Virus record (IMG/VR): IMGVR_UViG_3300044701_002512
Coordinates: 1,052 to 65,051 of that record
Length of the DNA: 64,000 nt
Source of the DNA: a virus
Lineage: Duplodnaviria; Caudoviricetes
Strand: one strand, 5' to 3'
The translations under genes and the position numbers were made by a program. Shown here in pieces: positions 60,028-64,000 of this stretch (positions are counted from its first letter, which is position 1; each line of letters starts with the position of its first letter). The notes below the pieces were generated by a model. That model was not told the origin of the DNA. It worked only from the letters and a program-made list of their open reading frames with translations, and ran no database searches.

Positions 60028-60393
60028 ATGACCTCTGCATTTCTGACCAAAGACTTCAGCGACTTCTGTGCTCAACGTGATGCACAGAATACCATTCAAC
60101 TCAATGTTGTCAAGTATGTTTGGCAACTGTGTGATGCTCTGCGTCATGCTGCTCCTGATGGTTATGATTATACCTTTGAGTCTGGCAAAAAGTATCACAA
60201 GGTCATCATGATTGACTCTAGTGGTGCTCGCTCTGTGCATTGCTTCGTTGACAAAAAGACTGGCGAAGTCTACAAGTCTGCATCATGGAAAGCACCTGCC
60301 AAGGGTGTGCGTTACGATCTGCGTCTGATCAAAGATCGTGAGTATCTGTTTCAACATGCTGATTGGGCAGGCGCTTACCTTTACATGAAGTGA
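60028..60393 (+). CDS. phage hypothetical protein (SVHCFVDKKTGEVYKSASWKAPAKGVRY type)
   Basis: Motif recalled from T4-like early regions; ATG 60028. Confidence 0.8.
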   Translation: MTSAFLTKDFSDFCAQRDAQNTIQLNVVKYVWQLCDALRHAAPDGYDYTFESGKKYHKVIMIDSSGARSVHCFVDKKTGEVYKSASWKAPAKGVRYDLRLIKDREYLFQHADWAGAYLYMK

Positions 60394-60632
60394 TTATCAT
60401 GACTGACAAAATTGTTGACCTTCTCATTCTGGAGTTAAAACTCTACCTCAGTGGTCACGAATGTGCTGCTGATTCTATCTATCGTTATCGTAAAGGTATT
60501 GCAAAATGATTACTACTATCATGGCAGGATTTGCATTTGGTTATTGTGTGGTTGATATTGTTATGAACTATCGTGCCAACAAACGTATCGAAGAAATGGT
60601 AAATCAAATCGAAGATACATATAAAGAGAATT

Positions 60633-61256
60633 TTGATGATTAACATGACACATCACGACCTGTTAATTGATTCTATCATGAGTATTCTCTACGATTTCCA
60701 TAAAGATGGTGAGAGTGGAGAATTGTGGAATTACGCTACTGCTGAACAGAGCGCACAAGAGATTCTAGTTTTAGTGGAAGAGTTTCAAGAGAAACGAGCA
60801 AAACTAGGTAAAAAGAAATCGTATTTACACTGGAGAGCATCTGACTGATGGCATTATCACAACAAGTAGTAGAATCGCTTGATGAAGCACAAGCAGCAAT
60901 GCGTAATGCACTTGCGTTTGCAGCACGAAATGAGCGCCCGATGGTATCTAAATGTATTTCTGAGTTAATGTGTGACATTGACAAACTCAAGTCACTTGAT
61001 GAACTGTTTGATACTATTGACAGGTGGAAAGATGAGTCTTCTAAAAATCAATAAAGCATCACTCTATGATGTGCCTGTGAAAACAACTCCAGAAAATGTC
61101 AAAGAAGCAAACGAAGCATTATTCTATTGCACAATGACATTACCTGCTGCTGCTAAACACTGTGGCATGACTCATAAAGAAATGAAACTGACATTCTTTG
61201 AGTATCTGAAGTATCATCCACGAACATATGGAACGCAAGATAGTAACGATCGTTGA
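60633..61256 (+). other. small hypothetical ORFs (60633-60848, 60848-61054, 61032-61256; last is HTH-like: LPAAAKHCGMT)
   Basis: Coupled + strand ORFs. Confidence 0.65.
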
Positions 61257-61965
61257 TCATTTCTTTGGGAATGATTTACCACGAGTGCAACATCTTGCGG
61301 AAACACTTCCGTACTATGATCGTGAGATACTACACAAAGAGAGAAAACATTGGCCAGGCGCGAGAACAGATTGCCTGAGTATTGTAGCACCAGATTTTTA
61401 TGCTGAACTGTGCCCCAAGATTTTTGATGCAATCTTTGATATTACTTGCATGAAGAAACTGGAAGCACGAATGACTGTGTATTTTCAGCGTATTGAATCA
61501 TTTTCTGATGACGCTAGTGATCCTATTAATCTAGGATGGATACATCAAGACAATACAAATTTGTCTGGTATTATTTACGTCAAAGAGCATGAACATGGCA
61601 CAAACATCAATCAACCAATCATTGATGATAAACTCAAACAAGAGTTAGAAACTGGTGAATGGAAGGTAGATGATGACACCAAGTATCGATTCTTCAATCA
61701 TGATGAAACGTTAGATTTAAATGACTATCGTGATGCTGTTGTGAAGCATAATACACGATTTAAACCAGACATTCAGGTAGGAAACAACGTAGATCGTTTG
61801 TTTACATTTACAGGAGACTATTGGCACAATGCAGTAAACTATCATGGCACAACACCACGATACACGATTGTATTCTTTCTACATGAATTGCATGTAGAAA
61901 CATACCCAGCACAACAAAAAGAAATTTTTGTAAAACCACACCACATTGCTCTCTACCCCTGTTGA
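61228..61965 (+). CDS. 2OG-Fe(II) oxygenase-like protein
   Basis: IVDHFF, WPGART, GWIHQD, LSGIIY, WHNA, RYTIVFF. Confidence 0.78.
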   Translation: MERKIVTIVDHFFGNDLPRVQHLAETLPYYDREILHKERKHWPGARTDCLSIVAPDFYAELCPKIFDAIFDITCMKKLEARMTVYFQRIESFSDDASDPINLGWIHQDNTNLSGIIYVKEHEHGTNINQPIIDDKLKQELETGEWKVDDDTKYRFFNHDETLDLNDYRDAVVKHNTRFKPDIQVGNNVDRLFTFTGDYWHNAVNYHGTTPRYTIVFFLHELHVETYPAQQKEIFVKPHHIALYPC

Positions 61966-61990
61966 CAATGAATCGTTTCGATGTTAAAAT
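61962..61990 (+). promoter_or_regulatory. sigma70 early promoter
   Basis: TTGACA-17-TAAAAT. Confidence 0.75.
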
Positions 61991-62012
61991 GAATCAAGTC
62001 GCAACCAACGCT

Positions 62013-62823
62013 ATGAATTACCTGGCACTCGGTAACGAGATCTATTGGCAACAACTGGATGGTCTCTATGTGAGATCCAATGGTAAATCAGAGCGTATTA
62101 CCATGGAATCAATCGAGAATGATGATGATATGGAGTTCTACGCGAATCTCGCGTATCACCTCACTCAAATCACTCTGCTCGCACAAGAGCGTCAACAACA
62201 ACTCACCGCAAAAGTCAAATGATTACTCTCAATCCTATCAACGAAACGACTTACAAAGTGGTCATTCAATCTGATGATCTGACTGAGGAAGATCATATTA
62301 AACTGTTACGCAAGCGTGATTTATTCCCTGCGGAATTTGTTCATCAACTCATTGATCTCATTCCACCAAATCAAACATTTGACACATATGATCATTATAG
62401 CATGACTCTATATGTCAAATGAAGAACACTACAATCACCTAATAGACTGGTCAGGTAAGCGTATTGATTACCTGCTCAGTCGTTCTCGTGCATGTAAGAA
62501 TCCCAAACTTAAAACTAAACATCGACTCAATGCACAAGCATTAGAAGAAGAGTTTTTTGATTGGTTCGCTGCACGACACTCAGACTCAAAATCTAACGTT
62601 CTTTTCATACCTTATCATGGAAATTTCAAGCACCCCCAAGACTGATCCTCTCGTTGAAATCGTTGTAGATCGTGAAGGATTGCAAGTGATGATTGATGCT
62701 GCTAAATTAGCAATTCAATCAATCAATGAATGGAATTTAGGTGATGAATATGATACCAACGTCACACCCTATCACGAAATGCTCTCTCAACTACAAGAAC
62801 AATACGATCGATTCTATTCATGA
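62013..62823 (+). other. small hypothetical ORFs (62013-62222, 62219-62422, 62412-62645, 62617-62823)
   Basis: Coupled + strand ORFs after promoter. Confidence 0.65.
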
Positions 62824-63461
62824 AACCACTGGTCGCATTTCCATATTATTCCTATCACATTCCACCAGATGCTTACAATAAGCAGGAACTGATTGATTCT
62901 ATGTTGCATAATTATCAACTAGAACCATCTAGGAATGAATGGAATCCAGCATGTGATATGCATCATGAGTATAATGACGTGAACAATACAGAATTCATTA
63001 AACCAAACTACGATCAACTCATTCCTGTATACACTAACGTCATTCAAACATTCATGAATGATCTAAACTTTCAACGACCGATGCAGTGGAGATTTTCAAT
63101 AGAGAATTATACAGTGACTACACAAACACAGCATATGATAACACATAATCATCTGCCATCACAATATGCTGCTGTGCATTATCTCTCATTCTCTTCAGAA
63201 GAACATACATCAACAGTATTTCAGAATCCATCGTTATACTCTAGTGTTCTGTCTCTGTATTACGATAATCTAAGAGATGCACTTCCACCTAATTCTCCAC
63301 ATGCTTTGCCGTTTTATTCTGATTATGATCTACCAGTGTCAGAAGATGAGTTGATCATCTTTCCTTCTATGTTAGATCATTATGTCAAACCATCTAGATC
63401 ATCCAAACCAAGAATCACAATAGCATTTAACATCTATATCGAAAATGATACATCAGTTTGA
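62820..63461 (+). CDS. 2OG-Fe(II) oxygenase (HxH type)
   Basis: HNHLPSQYAAVHYL, IIFPSMLDHYV, RITIAFN. Confidence 0.85.
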   Translation: MKPLVAFPYYSYHIPPDAYNKQELIDSMLHNYQLEPSRNEWNPACDMHHEYNDVNNTEFIKPNYDQLIPVYTNVIQTFMNDLNFQRPMQWRFSIENYTVTTQTQHMITHNHLPSQYAAVHYLSFSSEEHTSTVFQNPSLYSSVLSLYYDNLRDALPPNSPHALPFYSDYDLPVSEDELIIFPSMLDHYVKPSRSSKPRITIAFNIYIENDTSV

Positions 63462-63996
63462 AGCACCATTTGTCTTTCACACTAGCATACCAAATCATAG
63501 TCAAATACAACATCTAGTTCTCTCTACAATACAAAAGCAACTAGACAGTAATGATTATGATCTTGCTCCTGGTGGTGCTAAGACATCCTACAATCGTTCA
63601 TTCACTCTACCTACAAAAGAAGTAGAGAATGCTATACTGTGGTTGCCCTATAATATGATGTTGAATGAAAAAACATTTACACCATCACCAGTTAAGACTG
63701 TATGCTCAAGTATGTGGTGGAATGTATATTCGCCAGGAGACTATGCTAGACCACATAATCATAATAAGTCTGACTTCTCTGGTATCTACATTGTCTCAAT
63801 GAATGAAATGAATAAAACAAATTTTCATTCAACACCACCATGCTATAACCTACCATGGAATGTAGAGACATATTCAACAAGTAAACTAAAGGAAGGAACA
63901 GTGATGATCTTTCCATCTAGTTTAATGCATAGTGTAGACCCATGTAAGGAAGAACGTATAGTGATTAGTTTTAATCTAACATGCTATGATGGTTAG
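63445..63996 (+). CDS. 2OG-Fe(II) oxygenase (HxH type)
   Basis: WWNVY..GDYARPHNH..FSGIY, EGTVMIFPSSLMHSV, RIVISFN. Confidence 0.88.
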   Translation: MIHQFEAPFVFHTSIPNHSQIQHLVLSTIQKQLDSNDYDLAPGGAKTSYNRSFTLPTKEVENAILWLPYNMMLNEKTFTPSPVKTVCSSMWWNVYSPGDYARPHNHNKSDFSGIYIVSMNEMNKTNFHSTPPCYNLPWNVETYSTSKLKEGTVMIFPSSLMHSVDPCKEERIVISFNLTCYDG

Positions 63997-64000
63997 TTTT

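Noticed and set aside
1-64000. CRISPR array, intein, group I intron, IS element
   Set aside because: No repeat-spacer periodicity, intein termini, interrupted core gene or transposase motif was seen by eye.

Overview
64-kb segment of a T4-like cyanomyovirus (Kyanoviridae-type; CP12, tRNAs, TATAAATA late promoters). 1-18.3 kb is the baseplate/hub module: gp53, gp48, gp2, gp4, gp54-like, gp26, gp51, three large paralogous virion proteins (M23 peptidase + ADP-ribosyltransferase-like domain; SLT transglycosylase; unknown cargo), a gp27-like hub, cp12 and a two-part gp5. 18.3-19.3 kb holds four tRNAs. 19.3-46 kb is a fibre module: a 4023-aa fibre, three tail-collar proteins, three paralogous tip-like proteins, a 2OG-Fe(II) oxygenase and a fibre chaperone. 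46-64 kb is an early hyperplastic region with sigma70-type promoters, a putative nuclease + DNA methyltransferase pair, an SF2 helicase, RlpA, thioredoxin, five more 2OG oxygenases and many small ORFs. Best candidates for new biology: (1) five phycobiliprotein-like Cys-containing helical domains nested inside one another in the giant fibre; (2) three interchangeable tip proteins that each end in the first half of a repeat whose second half starts the downstream collar fibre; (3) a PARP/Gig2-like HGT...GVY domain in a peptidoglycan-hydrolase virion protein; (4) a fixed-spacing dyad operator upstream of four early promoters. All family calls come from reading motifs by eye; no database searches were run.
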